Below are positions 1 through 10,753 of a DNA stretch of 59,262 bases, in pieces. Each line of letters starts with the position of its first letter. Position 1 is the stretch's first letter. The stretch covers positions 1-59,262 of the forward strand of contig NW_005434446.1 in the NCBI RefSeq assembly GCF_000315625.1, in the 5' to 3' direction. The position numbers were made by a program, and so were the translations under genes. Source of the DNA: Guillardia theta CCMP2712 (Eukaryota > Protista > Cryptophyta). The notes below the pieces were generated by a model. The model was not told where the DNA came from, searched no databases, and worked only from the letters and a program-made list of their open reading frames with translations.

Positions 1-923
1 CTCTCTTGGCTCGAATTTTGAAAGATCGATCGTGCACGATGCTCACATGTACAGCTGTGAACTTGAGACCATCGATCGCGAAGTCCTCTCTTCCCTGCCA
101 GAGCTTCTCCGCTTGTGCATTGCGGAGGAAGGAAACAGTCACCGGGATCTCCTCAGCACTCGCTATCTCGGGTCTATACGGAGCCTTCCACATGATTGCT
201 TTACTCTCTTGCACTGAGTCTACGATCAGTCCGATCTCTTCAAATTTCTTCTTCAGCTTTTCTTCATGGTTGACATACACCGAGGAGATGCCCAGGAGAG
301 TCATGGAGATGAAGGAAGTCACCTCGTTGCCTGCTGAGGCGGTGTATGTCTCGACCTTCTCCTTCTTGGCTTCTTCAATCTGCTGCATAAACCACTCTCT
401 GGATGCGTCACTCCATCCAGTCATCGCTTCTTGCAGAAGCTCACGTCGTGCCTGCTGACATGTCGAGCGGATGGCTTCTGCGATAGCGTCGGGGGTGCAT
501 CCCTCCACAGCCTTGCAAGCCTGGGCTGTCCTGCTGTTCGGATAACGCTTCGCGAAGCTCTTCACCCTCTCGACGAGATCAGCTTCGAGGACAGAGGCAT
601 CCACAAGTCCGCTCTGCGTGTATTGGCATGATCTCCGATACAGCAGGTTGCGAACATTTTCATCATACTGAAGAACCATACTTAGAAAGCTATTTGAAGT
701 ATACAAACCTCTCGCTTGCAGCTTCCTTGGCGCCCTGGCAGCTTCCCCTACACCACGCGTGCAGCCATGGTGCCTGAAATAACCGGCGCTGCCTGAAATA
801 ACCGGCGCTGCCTGAAATAACCGGCGCTGCCTGAAATAACCGGCGCTGCCTGAAATAACCGGCGCTGCCTGAAATAACCGGCGCTGCCTGAAATAACCGG
901 CGCTGCCTGAAATAACCGGCGCT
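1..923 (-). mobile_element. Telomere-associated tandem element, copy A (5' part only; continues off the window to the left)
   Basis: Positions 1-~770 nearly match 2843-~3612 (offset 2842). Ends in 19-bp monomers abutting telomeric repeats. Confidence 0.75.
772..923. repeat. 8 x 19-bp tandem monomer GCCTGAAATAACCGGCGCT (3 copies of a 20-bp variant at 3614-3672)
   Basis: Directly visible perfect tandem repeat at the element 5' end. Confidence 0.95.
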
Positions 924-924
924 A

Positions 925-954
925 CCTAAACCCTAAACCCTAAACCCTAAACCC
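925..954. repeat. Interstitial telomeric tract (CCCTAAA)n followed by (TAT)5 at 955-969
   Basis: cctaaaccctaaaccctaaaccctaaaccc, the plant/algal-type TTTAGGG repeat. Confidence 0.95.
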
Positions 955-1131
955 TATTATTATTATTATGTGAGTTTATTAGAATGCTAGAATGTTGCTC
1001 GGCCTCGTTGTGGGCTTGTGCAATTGGATCCTAGTCTAAAGAGGCGCTCGAGCACTGGGAGTACACGGCCTACAATGCGAACCCTGCTTCTGAGGCGTCT
1101 TTCTACTCTCTACTTCTGCTGTCTTCTCTTG

Positions 1132-1350
1132 GCTTCCTCAGCCTCAGTCAGGAGAGTTGCCTCTCCTCACCTTGGCCTTCGGTCACCACCTACTCTACCT
1201 CCATTCAGCTTCCTCAGCCTCAGTCAGAAGAGTTGCCTCTCCTCACCTTGGCCTTCGGTCGCCACCTACTCGTCCTCCATTCAGCTTCCTCAGCTTCAGT
1301 CAGGAGAGTTGCCTCTCCTCACCTTGGCCTTCGGTCGCCTCCTACCTTCT
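1132..1350. repeat. ~3 x 76-bp tandem repeat in the element 3' UTR (also ~3914-4130)
   Basis: gcttcctcagcctcagtcaggagagttgcctctcctcaccttggccttcggtc recurs three times, with an AGGAGAG...CTCTCCT hairpin. Confidence 0.85.
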
Positions 1351-1375
1351 CTCCGGGCCTTACCTTGGGCTCAGC

Positions 1376-3548
1376 TCAAGCTCGGTACGGGCTCGCCCCG
1401 TCTTCTTCCTCGCCCTCGCCTTGCTCTTCCTCCATGTCTTCCTCTTCTTCGTCATCTTCCCTCATCTCCACTCGCAGTCGGTCCTTCTTGTCCACCTTCA
1501 GCGAGCAGGCCAGCACATGCATCTCTGCGAATTTACTCAGTGCTATGAACAGGAGGCTAAGAGATCGACGCTCTATGTCGTCGCTCTCCGCCTCCTGCTC
1601 AAGCTCAGCAGCTGCCGTTGCCCGTGGCGAGAACGCGCTGCCCCTCCTTGCCTTCTTGCTCTCTCCTTGCACGCGAGTCCAGCGCTTGCTCTGCAGCCAC
1701 TTCCCCAGCTTCTCCTTGAGCGCGTTGCGTCCCACTCCCTGCTCCTCTGGCATCTTCGCCCACTCTCCCAGCGCCATGAACTCCAGGCTCCCCGGAGAGT
1801 AGAAGGTGTCGTGGAGGTTGCCAACGGCCTTGTCCAGGACCAGCTTGATCGGCTCGCTCGTCCCTGCCTCGTTCAAAGAAGCTGCATCTTCGATGACTGC
1901 TGACAGCTCGCTGACGAGCTGCATGTCCTCTTGGCTTGACGGAGATGCTGCCTCCATTGTGATCCTCTCCAGGTCTGTAAACTCCAGCCACTCTCCCTCG
2001 CTCTCCTCCTGTCGCTGCGCTGCGTCGCTGGTGCCCCGCTGACCAGCCGCCTCAGAGTCGCTCCTTGTCGAAGCCGACTGCTTCGAGCTTGGTGGCTGCG
2101 CCTTCGAGATAGAAGGGCAGCTCCTTCATCATGCGTCGAGCATCCTCCGTGGAGCCGAGGAGGATGCATAGCTTGGACCCGTTCCAGGACTTGGTGTTCA
2201 AATCCTCCTCCATGTCGATGCCTTCAACGTTGATCTCGAGCCTGTTAGCGATCTCCAACAAGACTCTCTTGACTCTTGCGATAGACGTGTTGCCGCCGTT
2301 GCACAGCCCCTCCATCTCCTTCCTCGTGAAGCGACCAGATGCCGCCGTCGACTTGATGATGATCTTGATCTCCTTGCCGTCCTTGCCGCCTGCCTTCTTC
2401 TGCATCCTTGATGCCTTCTTCAACTTATTTCTGGACACAAAGCGATCAGCTGTCAACTCGACTGCGAGCGCCTCTCTGATCTTCGGGTCCTCGCTGAACA
2501 GAGTCAGGTGTACTCCCTCCATCGCTTCGCTCTCTCGGAAAGCTCGAAATGCTGTATCATTCGCCTCTGGGCAGCTCGAGGAGACGATCCACTCCACCTC
2601 CCTCTGTCTCCAGATGACGTTGGCCCCTACAGCGATGAAGCCTTTCTGACCTAAGCCTTTGTGGACTTGCTGTCCTGGCGCCCCAGCGACCAGCATGCCT
2701 GCCAGCGGCTGGAGTTGGACCGCTGCAAGGGACTGGCGCAGCAGCTGATAGCGATAGACGGCAGCTATCTCTGCTGTTGTCATGCCGCCCAAGGTTAGCA
2801 GGTGGGTCAGCTCTGCCAAGCTGCCCCCTTTGCCCCAGGGTCCTCTCTTGGCTCGAATCTTGAAAGATCTATCGTGCACGATGCTCACATGTACAGCTGT
2901 GAACTTGCGACCATCGATCGCGAAGTCCTCTCTTCCCTGCCAGAGCTTCTCTGCTTGTGCATTGCGGAGGAAGGAAACAGTCACCGGGATCTCCTCAGCA
3001 CTCGCTATCTCGGGTCTATACGGAGCCTTCCACATGATTGCTTTACTCTCTTGCACTGAGTCTACGATCAGTCCGATCTCTTCAAATTTCTTCTTCAGCT
3101 TTTCTTCATGGTTGACATACACCGAGGAGATGCCCAGGAGAGTCATGGAGATGAAGGGAGTCACCTCGTTGCCTGCTGAGGCGGTGTATGTCTCGACCTT
3201 CTCCTTCTTGGCTTCTTCAATCTGCTGCATAAACCACTCTCTGGATGCGTCACTCCATCCAGTCATCGCTTCTTGCAGAAGCTCACGTCGTGCCTGCTGA
3301 CATGTCGAGCGGATGGCTTCTGCGATAGCGTCGGGGGTGCATCCCTCCACAGCCTTGCAAGCCTGGGCTGTCCTGCTGTTCGGATAACGCTTCGCGAAGC
3401 TCTTCACCCTCTCGACGAGATCAGCTTCGAGGACAGAGGCATCCACAAGTCCGCTCTGCGTGTATTGGCATGATCTCCGATACAGCAGGTTGCGAACATT
3501 TTCATCATACTGAAGAACCATACTTAGAAAGCTATTTGAAGTATACAA
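1376..3548 (-). pseudogene. ~720-aa ORF of the telomeric element (ORF1/Gag-like, possible RRM-like folds), split by a 2-nt deletion at ~2060
   Basis: ORFs 2052..3548 and 1376..1957 are joined in one frame in copy C (GFDKEPDSEAAGQ). Copy B has gagtcgctcc where copy C has gagtcaggctcc. No RT or endonuclease motifs were seen; the RRM resemblance is by eye only. Confidence 0.6.
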
Positions 3549-3672
3549 ACCTCTCGCTTGCAGCTTCCTTGGCGCCCTGGCAGCTTCCCCTACACCACGC
3601 GTGCAGCCATGGTGCCTGAAATAACCGGCGCTTGCCTGAAATAACCGGCGCTTGCCTGAAATAACCGGCGCT

Positions 3673-3715
3673 CTAAACCCTAAACCCTAAACCCTAAACC
3701 CTAAACCCTAAACCC
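3673..3715. repeat. Interstitial telomeric tract (CCCTAAA)~6 followed by (TAT)12 at 3716-3751
   Basis: Directly visible. Confidence 0.95.
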
Positions 3716-3751
<36 letters not shown>

Positions 3752-5055
3752 GTGAGTTTATTAGAATGCTAGAATGTTGCTCGGCCTCGTTGTGGGCTTT
3801 TGCAATTTGATCCTAGTCTAAAGAGGCGCTCGAGCACTGGGAGTACACGGCCTACAATGCGAACCCTGCTTCTGAGGCGTCTTTCTACTCTCTACTTCTG
3901 CTGTCTTCTCTTGGCTTCCTCAGCCTCAGTCAGGAGAGTTGCCTCTCCTCACCTTGGCCTTCGGTCACCACCTAGTCTACCTCCATTCAGCTTCCTCAGC
4001 CTCAGTCAGAAGAGTTGCCTCTCCTCACCTTGGCCTTCGGTCGCCACCTACTCGTCTCCATTCAGCTTCCTCAGCTTCAGTCAGGAGAGTTGCCTCTCCT
4101 CACCTTGGCCTTCGGTCGCCTCCTACCTTCTCTCCTTACCTTGGGCTCAGCTCAAGCTCGGTACGGGCTCGCCCCGTCTTCTTCCTCGCCCTCGCCTTGC
4201 TCTTCCTCCATGTCTTCCTCTTCTTCGCCATCTTCCCTCATCTCCACTCGCAGTCGGTCCTTCTTGTCCACCTTCAGCGAGCAGGCCAGCACATGCATCT
4301 CTGCGAATTTACTCAGTGCTATGAACAGGAAGCTAAGAGATCGACGCTCTATGTCGTCGCTCTCCGCCTCCTGCTCAAGCTCAGCAGCTGCCGTTGCCCG
4401 TGGCGAGAACGCGCTGCCCCTCCTTGCCTTCTTGCTCTCTCCTTGCACGCGAGTCCAGCGCTTGCTCTGCAGCCACTTCCCCAGCTTCTCCTTGAGAACG
4501 TTGCGCCCAACTCCCTGCTCCTCTGGCATCTTCGCCCACTCTCCCAGCGACATGAACTCCAGGCTCCCCGGAGAGTAGAAGGTGTCGTGGAGGTTGCCAA
4601 CGGCCTTGTCCAGGACCAGCTTGATCGGCTCGCTCGTCCCCGCCTCGTTCAAAGAAGTTGCATCTTCGATGACTGCTGACAGCTCGCTGACGAGCTGCAT
4701 GTCCTCTTGGCTTGACGGAGATGCTGCCTCCATTGTGATCCTCTCCAGGTCTGTAAACTCCAGCCACTCTCCCTCGCTCTCCTCCTGTCGCTGCGCTGCG
4801 TCGCTGGTGCCCCGCTGACCAGCCGCCTCAGAGTCAGGCTCCTTGTCGAAGCCGACTGCTTCGAGCTTGGTTGCTGCGCCTTCGAGATAGAAGGGCAGCT
4901 CCTTCATCATGCGTCGAGCATCCTCCGTGGAGCCGAGGAGGATGCATAGCTTGGACCCGTTCCAGGACTTGGTGTTCAAATCCTCCTCCATGTCGATGCC
5001 TTCAACGTTGATCTCGAGCCTGTTAGCGATCTCCAACAAGACTCTCTTGACTCTT
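3716..5055 (-). mobile_element. Telomere-associated element copy C, 5'-truncated by a gypsy LTR
   Basis: Matches 955-~2277 until gactctt (5055), then switches to tgttg... Confidence 0.8.
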
Positions 5056-7088
5056 TGTTGTATACACAACACAGAGATTGTCAACGACACGAGTAAAGTA
5101 AGGATGAAGAAGATTGAGAAGCAGGAAATAGAAGTCTCTAAGTTTACTAGGAGGTAAACTACGCACAACCCCCACACTCACTGTGCATGCAAGTGGGGGA
5201 AATTCAGGAGGCCGTCCGCACGAGATGCGTCCGCCTATATAGGGAATATCCGGCAGAGTATCCGACGAGTATCCGAGGTTCCGGATCCTCATGGATACAA
5301 CATCGCTCCATCTGCGCTTGACAACTTAGTTCCAACTTGTCCTTCGCTCTTACCATGAGGAGATGAACGACAGGATTCAAAGTTCCACTTCGGACGAGTC
5401 GGAGGAGTCCAAGGCGTTGGAGGGTAAAGCTTGAAGAGCTTCACGTTCTTCGAATTGACGGATGAGTTCGCGAAGACCTGATTTCTTCTGCAATTCACGA
5501 GCAGGGAGCCAATTGTTCTCACTGACTTGATCATAGCCTGTCCACTTAACAAGGTACTGAATACCTCGACCGCGACGACGTTTGCTGAGGATGCTCTCGA
5601 TCTCGTATTCCAAGCCGTCTCTGGTGGCCAGAGGTTCGGGTGGTCGCTGGGGATCTTGATAGGCAGGGTCGCGCTCTGTATGCGGACGAAGCCACTTGAT
5701 GTTGATGACGGTGTTTCTGATCGATGCGAAGCGAGGAGAGACGTCGAGACGAACGGTGTTGTCTGAAACAAATTCCAGGATGCGGAAGGGACCAACGAAG
5801 CGAGGGTTGAGCTTCGAGGCGGCGTCGGGGATGTTGAGGTTGGCGGTAGAGAGCCAGACCAGATCTCCAACTTGATAGCGGCAGGGACGGCGGGCCTGCG
5901 CAAGGCGAGCTTCGGTGGCTCGCGCTGCAGCTTCGAGAGCAGCTCGGGCAGCTTCGGCGCTGACTTCGGTTGCTTCACGAATGGAGTCGAGGGTCTCGTC
6001 CTGATGATCGTCAGGTGAGGGCAGAGAGAGTTGTGTCCTGATAGGTTTGCCGAACATGACTTCGAAAGGGCTGGCACCGATGGGGCGGCGAACAGCGGAG
6101 TTTAGGTGAGTCTCCAGGATGGGGAGGTACCTATCCCAATCGGCTCGAGGATACTGCGTGGTGTAGATACGCAGAGCTTCGAGGACGACGGAGTTCATAC
6201 GCTCGGGTCGACCGTTGCTTTGAGGCATAAAAGGCGACGAATGCTTCACGTGAACGTTGAGCATCTTGAAGAGCGCGTTCCAGAATCTGGACGAAAAGAT
6301 GGCAGCGTTGTCGCTGATAAGGACTTGAGGAAGGCCTTGGGATCGAAACACGGTTTCGATGAATTTTTGAGCAGCTTGTTCAGACGTAATCGATTTACGG
6401 CAAGGGGTGAGATAAACTCGCCCTGTGAACTCGTCAATGAAGAGAAGAATTGCATCGTTCTTATCTCGAGTTCGTGGGAGTCCGGTCAGCAAGTCGAGAC
6501 TGACGACTTCGAAGCGTGTCGAGGGAACGGCGTGGGAATGAGGAGTACCCATTGGTCGTTGTCGATAAGATTTCCCTTGAAGACAATGCTGGCATGACAG
6601 GATGTAAAGCTCGGTATCTTTCCGAAGCTGGGGCCAATAAACAGTTGCTGCTAGCTGAAGGTAGGTTCTTGAAAACCCGAGGTGGGACTGAAGGTCGTGG
6701 GCGCGGAAGAGAACTTCTCGACGCAATGCTTGCGGAATGCACAGGCGGATGCGGCGCAGCGAATCTGTATAAAACAGAAGCTCATCATCCAGATGAAAAG
6801 AAGTGACGGAAGACTTGGCGCGGAGACGTTGGATAAGAGGACGACAGAAGTCGCACGTCTCGTAGGCGGCTTGAATCTGGTCCGACAAAGGCTGCAAGGC
6901 GCTGACGGTGAAGGCGAGCAAGAAGCCGTCCTCTTGACGGGAGAGTTGCTCGTGATGAGGAGCGACTGCAGTCGAGAGGGGAACTTCATCTTGACGGCTG
7001 AGAGCGTCGGGGACGACGTTCTGAGAACCTTTGACGTAACAGTACTCGGTGATTGCAAACTCGCTGAGCGTTTGAACTTGCGGCCAAC
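5056..7088 (-). mobile_element. 3' half of a Ty3/gypsy chromovirus-type LTR retrotransposon (putative short 3' LTR 5056-5167)
   Basis: TG at 5056 and CA at 5166-5167, with purine-rich gagtgtggggg just upstream of the LTR on the minus strand. The pol ORF carries integrase and chromodomain. Confidence 0.85.
5377..7088 (-). CDS. Gypsy Pol C-terminus: RNase H end, integrase (HHCC, DDE, GPF) and chromodomain; 5'-truncated
   Basis: NVVPDALSR; HDLQSHLG...CQHC; VSLDLL...ISDNA...PERMN; KLNPRFVGPFRI; YEIESILSKRRRGRGIQYLVKWTGY. Confidence 0.93.
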
Positions 7089-7578
7089 TGTAAGAACTCA
7101 GGTTCTGACAAACCTCTCAGAAGTTCTTTCAGACGCGATAAGTTCAAGGGATGCGTCTAATCAGGTTGTGAACCAAGTGAAGCCTGCAGGTCCAAGCTAG
7201 TGGGCTGGAGCTTAGTCTGTGACTTAGAAGATCCGGTTGGTTGGAGCCTGGGGAAGCTGAGGCGGCGCCGGAGGAATCAAGAGGCGCCGGCTGTCGAAGA
7301 GGCAGCACTCGTACAGTGGTGGAAGTAAGGCGGTGGTGTGTGAAGGGAAGCTGTTTGGTTGGTCTTGCTGCTACGAGTGTTGGGAATAAAGTGCTGGGGA
7401 TTGTTGGGAAGTTGATCTGAGTTATCTGAGGTGTTTGGTTGGCTGTGAAAGTCATTGGTGTCTTCGTGCGCACATCATCTGTGAGTCTTGGTCTTTGGAC
7501 TTATCAGTCAGCTGTTGAGCTGTTCTACTAGTCATTCATCTGTGCACAGACTCTAGGAGTCAGGAATTGATTCCAATA
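7089..7578 (+). repeat. Copia 5' LTR (490 bp, TG...TA)
   Basis: Appears identical to 12237-12726; both give the same 109-aa antisense translation in the ORF track. Confidence 0.92.
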
Positions 7579-7901
7579 CAAAAAGAAAATTTTCTTTTTG
7601 TATTCACGAACAGAGGAATACAAAAAGACTCTACGATAAGATTCCAAGGACAACGAGTTAAAGGGCTCTTGGTCTTTGTGCGTCGAATTGACAACGAGTT
7701 TGAAGGCTCTTTAAGGCTCCTGGTTGTTGTACTGTACGCTGTTACTCATTTTTTTTGGAACGGTATTGGTAACTCCAAGTTGACGATCATGAGCATGCCA
7801 GATCTGCAAGAGGAGTTGAAACGAAGCCATGGTGATGTTCAGGTCGACAAGCTGAAGCATGGGAAGGTTACCTCCAAGGAAAAACTCGAGGACCTGTTCC
7901 A

Positions 7902-8105
7902 TTGGAACGCTCATCGGCCCAGAATGCAACGGAATCTGCATCACAGGCTAATCGACGGCAAGGAGCGTGGAAAGCAAATTTCACATTTGGTCTCGATTCC
8001 ACGTCTACCATCGAGGAATTGCAGGAAATTGCATTGCAGGTAAAGGAGAAAGAAGGAGCTGGAGGCCATACGTTCTTGCTGGACTCTGGTGCTAATATCT
8101 CCATG
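7902..8105 (+). pseudogene. Copia aspartic protease remnant
   Basis: FLLDSGANISM motif, after which the frame shifts directly into the pre-RT linker. Confidence 0.65.
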
Positions 8106-8206
8106 GAAAAATTCCTGAGGAAGTTGCAACGTCTGGCAGGAAGCGACACTGTCAGGGAGGCTCTGGTCCTGACGCAAGTGAAGTTTCCGCGAGCAAGCGC
8201 CTCCAA

Positions 8207-10753
8207 TTGGAATTTCCACCTTCCTCGGTCCAAGGCCTGACATCTGGAGATCAACGGGAGGATACAGGAGAGCATCGGTTGAGGGATGATACCGAATATG
8301 TGCCTGACGGTGCAATGTCTCCAGTTCCTCCAGCAGGCAATCGAGATGTCGAAGTTCTTGTAAATGGTCAAGTAGAGCAAGGCAAAATTTTGCAGATGGT
8401 TTTCAAGGAGGGAAAGTTTCTCGCGCGGATTGTTTTCCCAACTCTCGAAAATTACTGGGTGTTACGGTCTGTCACTGATCCTGACATCAAGTTTTTGGAA
8501 CAAACCGAACAGAAGGCAATGGTGGTGCTTACAAGTGGGGAGACAATATCAGAGGTCTGCATGTTAGCAGATTATTACTCGTGCAGCTTTCCACCGAACG
8601 TCTTTGGTGATATGACCGACCATACCAAAGTTTTTAAACCCTGTCTTGATCGTGCAGCGGATGAGATCATGGATGTTGTCGAAGCTACAGTTGGGGGTTC
8701 GCCTGAAGTGGTTGTACTTTCCCAGCACAAGCAATTTTCGCAGTGTCTGCAAGTTACAGATATTGTGCAGGGGTCGACTGAATCTGAAGAGATCTTGTAT
8801 GTTTGGGACAGGGGGGAAGACAGGACAAGCCTTCAGCCAGCATCCCAGCGTTTTGTTCCAGTATGGAGGGATGAGATGTACAAAACTCGTTTACAGCATG
8901 TCGATCCTGTGTCATCTGCCCCACAGGTCAGTGCTAATGTGGACCCTACTTTCAGGGATACGCGTCTTCTTGTGGCGAATCTAGCGTTGGTCTCTCCCGT
9001 ATGGGACGCGGTGGAGCTGGCGTCTGACCTGTTATCTCTGATGTCTCCCGACGGTGACAATCCAGCTGCAATGCCTGAGAATCAGGCAGATTACGCTATG
9101 ACAGCGGCTTGCGATGCAGGAAATGTGGAAAACGAAAGTAGTTTTGACAAGTTACCAGATCCCAAGACAAGGTCAGAGATGTTACGTCGTCCGGATCGGC
9201 ATCTTTGGGAGCAGGCTGAAAAGGAGGAAATTGCGAAGATCGTAAGTCGTGGGGTCTGGGAAGTTGTTACGCGTGATCAGAAAAACAGGGAGTCAAATCA
9301 ATCTGTCCTTGCTCGCGGCTTGTGGGTCTATGCTTCAAAACGAGACTTGAAGGGCAAGATCTTGAAACGAAAGGGGCGGCTAGTTATCATGGGCAACTTA
9401 CTTCCTTCATCTGAAGAATTGTTTGCACCGACTACATCGTTGGACAATATCCGGCTCTTGCTGAGCATCGCGGCAGGCAACCGTTGGAGAATCACATTCA
9501 GGGATATCTCTGCTGCTTTCTTGTATGGTGACTTGGAGGTTCCTGTGTATTTGATTCCTCCAGATATCATGAGTCTTCCTCCTGAGTGCCTCCTCAAAGT
9601 CTTGAAGTCGCTCTATGGACTTCGCATTGCACCAAGGAGATGGTATCTTAAGTTCACGCAGGTGTTGAAGACGGTGGGAGCAAGTGGGATAGGACATGAT
9701 GAGATCATCTACCGATACTCCAACTGTGCGGGGGACGTCTTGCTTCTGACTGTCTTCGTGGATGACTTACTCATTGTCTCTCAAACTGAAGCAGTTAAGA
9801 TTGAGTTTCTTGAGAAGCTCAACACAGTATTCGACTTTTCGGGGAGTGAGGCAACAGGTACCTTCTTGGGCATTAAAATAGAACAGAATGACGATCAGGG
9901 TCGGATAACTTTGTCACAACAGCATTTCATTGAAAAGATTGTTGAACGCTTTGAAATCGTTGCCAGGGGTGTCAAAACGGTATTACCTGGTCACTATCTC
10001 AAGACTTATCACTTGGAGGGTAAGTTGTTGAACAAGAAGGAAGTCCGCACTTATCAGAGTCTTCTGGGGTCCATTCTCTACGTGGCAAATTGTACGCGGG
10101 TTGATATCGCATTCGCGACGAGCGTCCTTAGTCGCTTTGCTCGTGCTCCTCGGCAGTGTGATATGGATGCCTTAATTCATCTTCTACAGTACCTTTACAC
10201 TACTCGGGAGGTTCAGATCGTATACCATTGTCACGGAGTATATTACCACCAGGAGTGTTTTGTCAATGAGATGATTGCATTCAGTGATGCTGGTTGGGGT
10301 ACCGAGATTATTACGAGACGGAGTCAAAGCGGATATGGAATCGTTCTGAATGGTGGGGTAGTCGTCTTTGGTTCGAAAATGCAGAAGGTTGTTGCCCTGA
10401 GTTCTTCAGAAGCTGAAATTTATGCTGCCACCACATGCGCGAAACTAGTCAAGCTTTATAGAAATCTCTTGGGTCAGATGGGATTTACGCAGACTCGTCC
10501 TACTCTCTTGCTAATCGACAATGAACCATGTCTGAGGCTTTTGTGGGACAAGCGAAGTTATAGTCGACTCAAACACATTGATATTCGAACGAAGTATGCT
10601 GTTGATTTGGTAGAAAAGGACGAGCTCTATCCAGAAAAGATTCATACTTCTTATCAGCCTGGTGATTTGCTGACGAAAGTTCTGCCTTTGAATCGGTGGA
10701 GGCTCCTTGGTGAATTTCTCTTCGGAGACCCCTTACCGGATATGCTGCTCTGA
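8207..10753 (+). CDS. Copia reverse transcriptase and RNase H
   Basis: KRKGRLVIMG, DISAAFLYG, LKSLYGLRIAPRRWY, VFVDDLL; RNase H FSDAGW...SSSEAE...IDN...KHIDIR. Confidence 0.95.
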   Translation: MEFPPSSVQGLTSGDQREDTGEHRLRDDTEYVPDGAMSPVPPAGNRDVEVLVNGQVEQGKILQMVFKEGKFLARIVFPTLENYWVLRSVTDPDIKFLEQTEQKAMVVLTSGETISEVCMLADYYSCSFPPNVFGDMTDHTKVFKPCLDRAADEIMDVVEATVGGSPEVVVLSQHKQFSQCLQVTDIVQGSTESEEILYVWDRGEDRTSLQPASQRFVPVWRDEMYKTRLQHVDPVSSAPQVSANVDPTFRDTRLLVANLALVSPVWDAVELASDLLSLMSPDGDNPAAMPENQADYAMTAACDAGNVENESSFDKLPDPKTRSEMLRRPDRHLWEQAEKEEIAKIVSRGVWEVVTRDQKNRESNQSVLARGLWVYASKRDLKGKILKRKGRLVIMGNLLPSSEELFAPTTSLDNIRLLLSIAAGNRWRITFRDISAAFLYGDLEVPVYLIPPDIMSLPPECLLKVLKSLYGLRIAPRRWYLKFTQVLKTVGASGIGHDEIIYRYSNCAGDVLLLTVFVDDLLIVSQTEAVKIEFLEKLNTVFDFSGSEATGTFLGIKIEQNDDQGRITLSQQHFIEKIVERFEIVARGVKTVLPGHYLKTYHLEGKLLNKKEVRTYQSLLGSILYVANCTRVDIAFATSVLSRFARAPRQCDMDALIHLLQYLYTTREVQIVYHCHGVYYHQECFVNEMIAFSDAGWGTEIITRRSQSGYGIVLNGGVVVFGSKMQKVVALSSSEAEIYAATTCAKLVKLYRNLLGQMGFTQTRPTLLLIDNEPCLRLLWDKRSYSRLKHIDIRTKYAVDLVEKDELYPEKIHTSYQPGDLLTKVLPLNRWRLLGEFLFGDPLPDMLL

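Larger units (their letters stand above)
955..3672 (-). mobile_element. Telomere-associated tandem element, complete copy B: 5' monomers, single ORF, repeat-containing 3' UTR, (TAA)n tail
   Basis: Bounded on both sides by telomeric tracts. The minus strand ends ...cacataataataataatagggtttaggg. Confidence 0.75.

Noticed and set aside
1132-1350. Hammerhead ribozyme in the 76-bp repeats (Penelope/Athena-like)
   Set aside because: CTGAGGA occurs on the minus strand, but I found no correctly placed GAAA or stems. The ORF orientation relative to the telomeric repeats is also opposite to that expected for Athena-type elements.
4152-5177. 341-aa ORF with a hydrophobic N-terminus as a real membrane protein
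   Set aside because: The first ~40 codons are gypsy LTR sequence fused by insertion to the truncated telomeric-element ORF.
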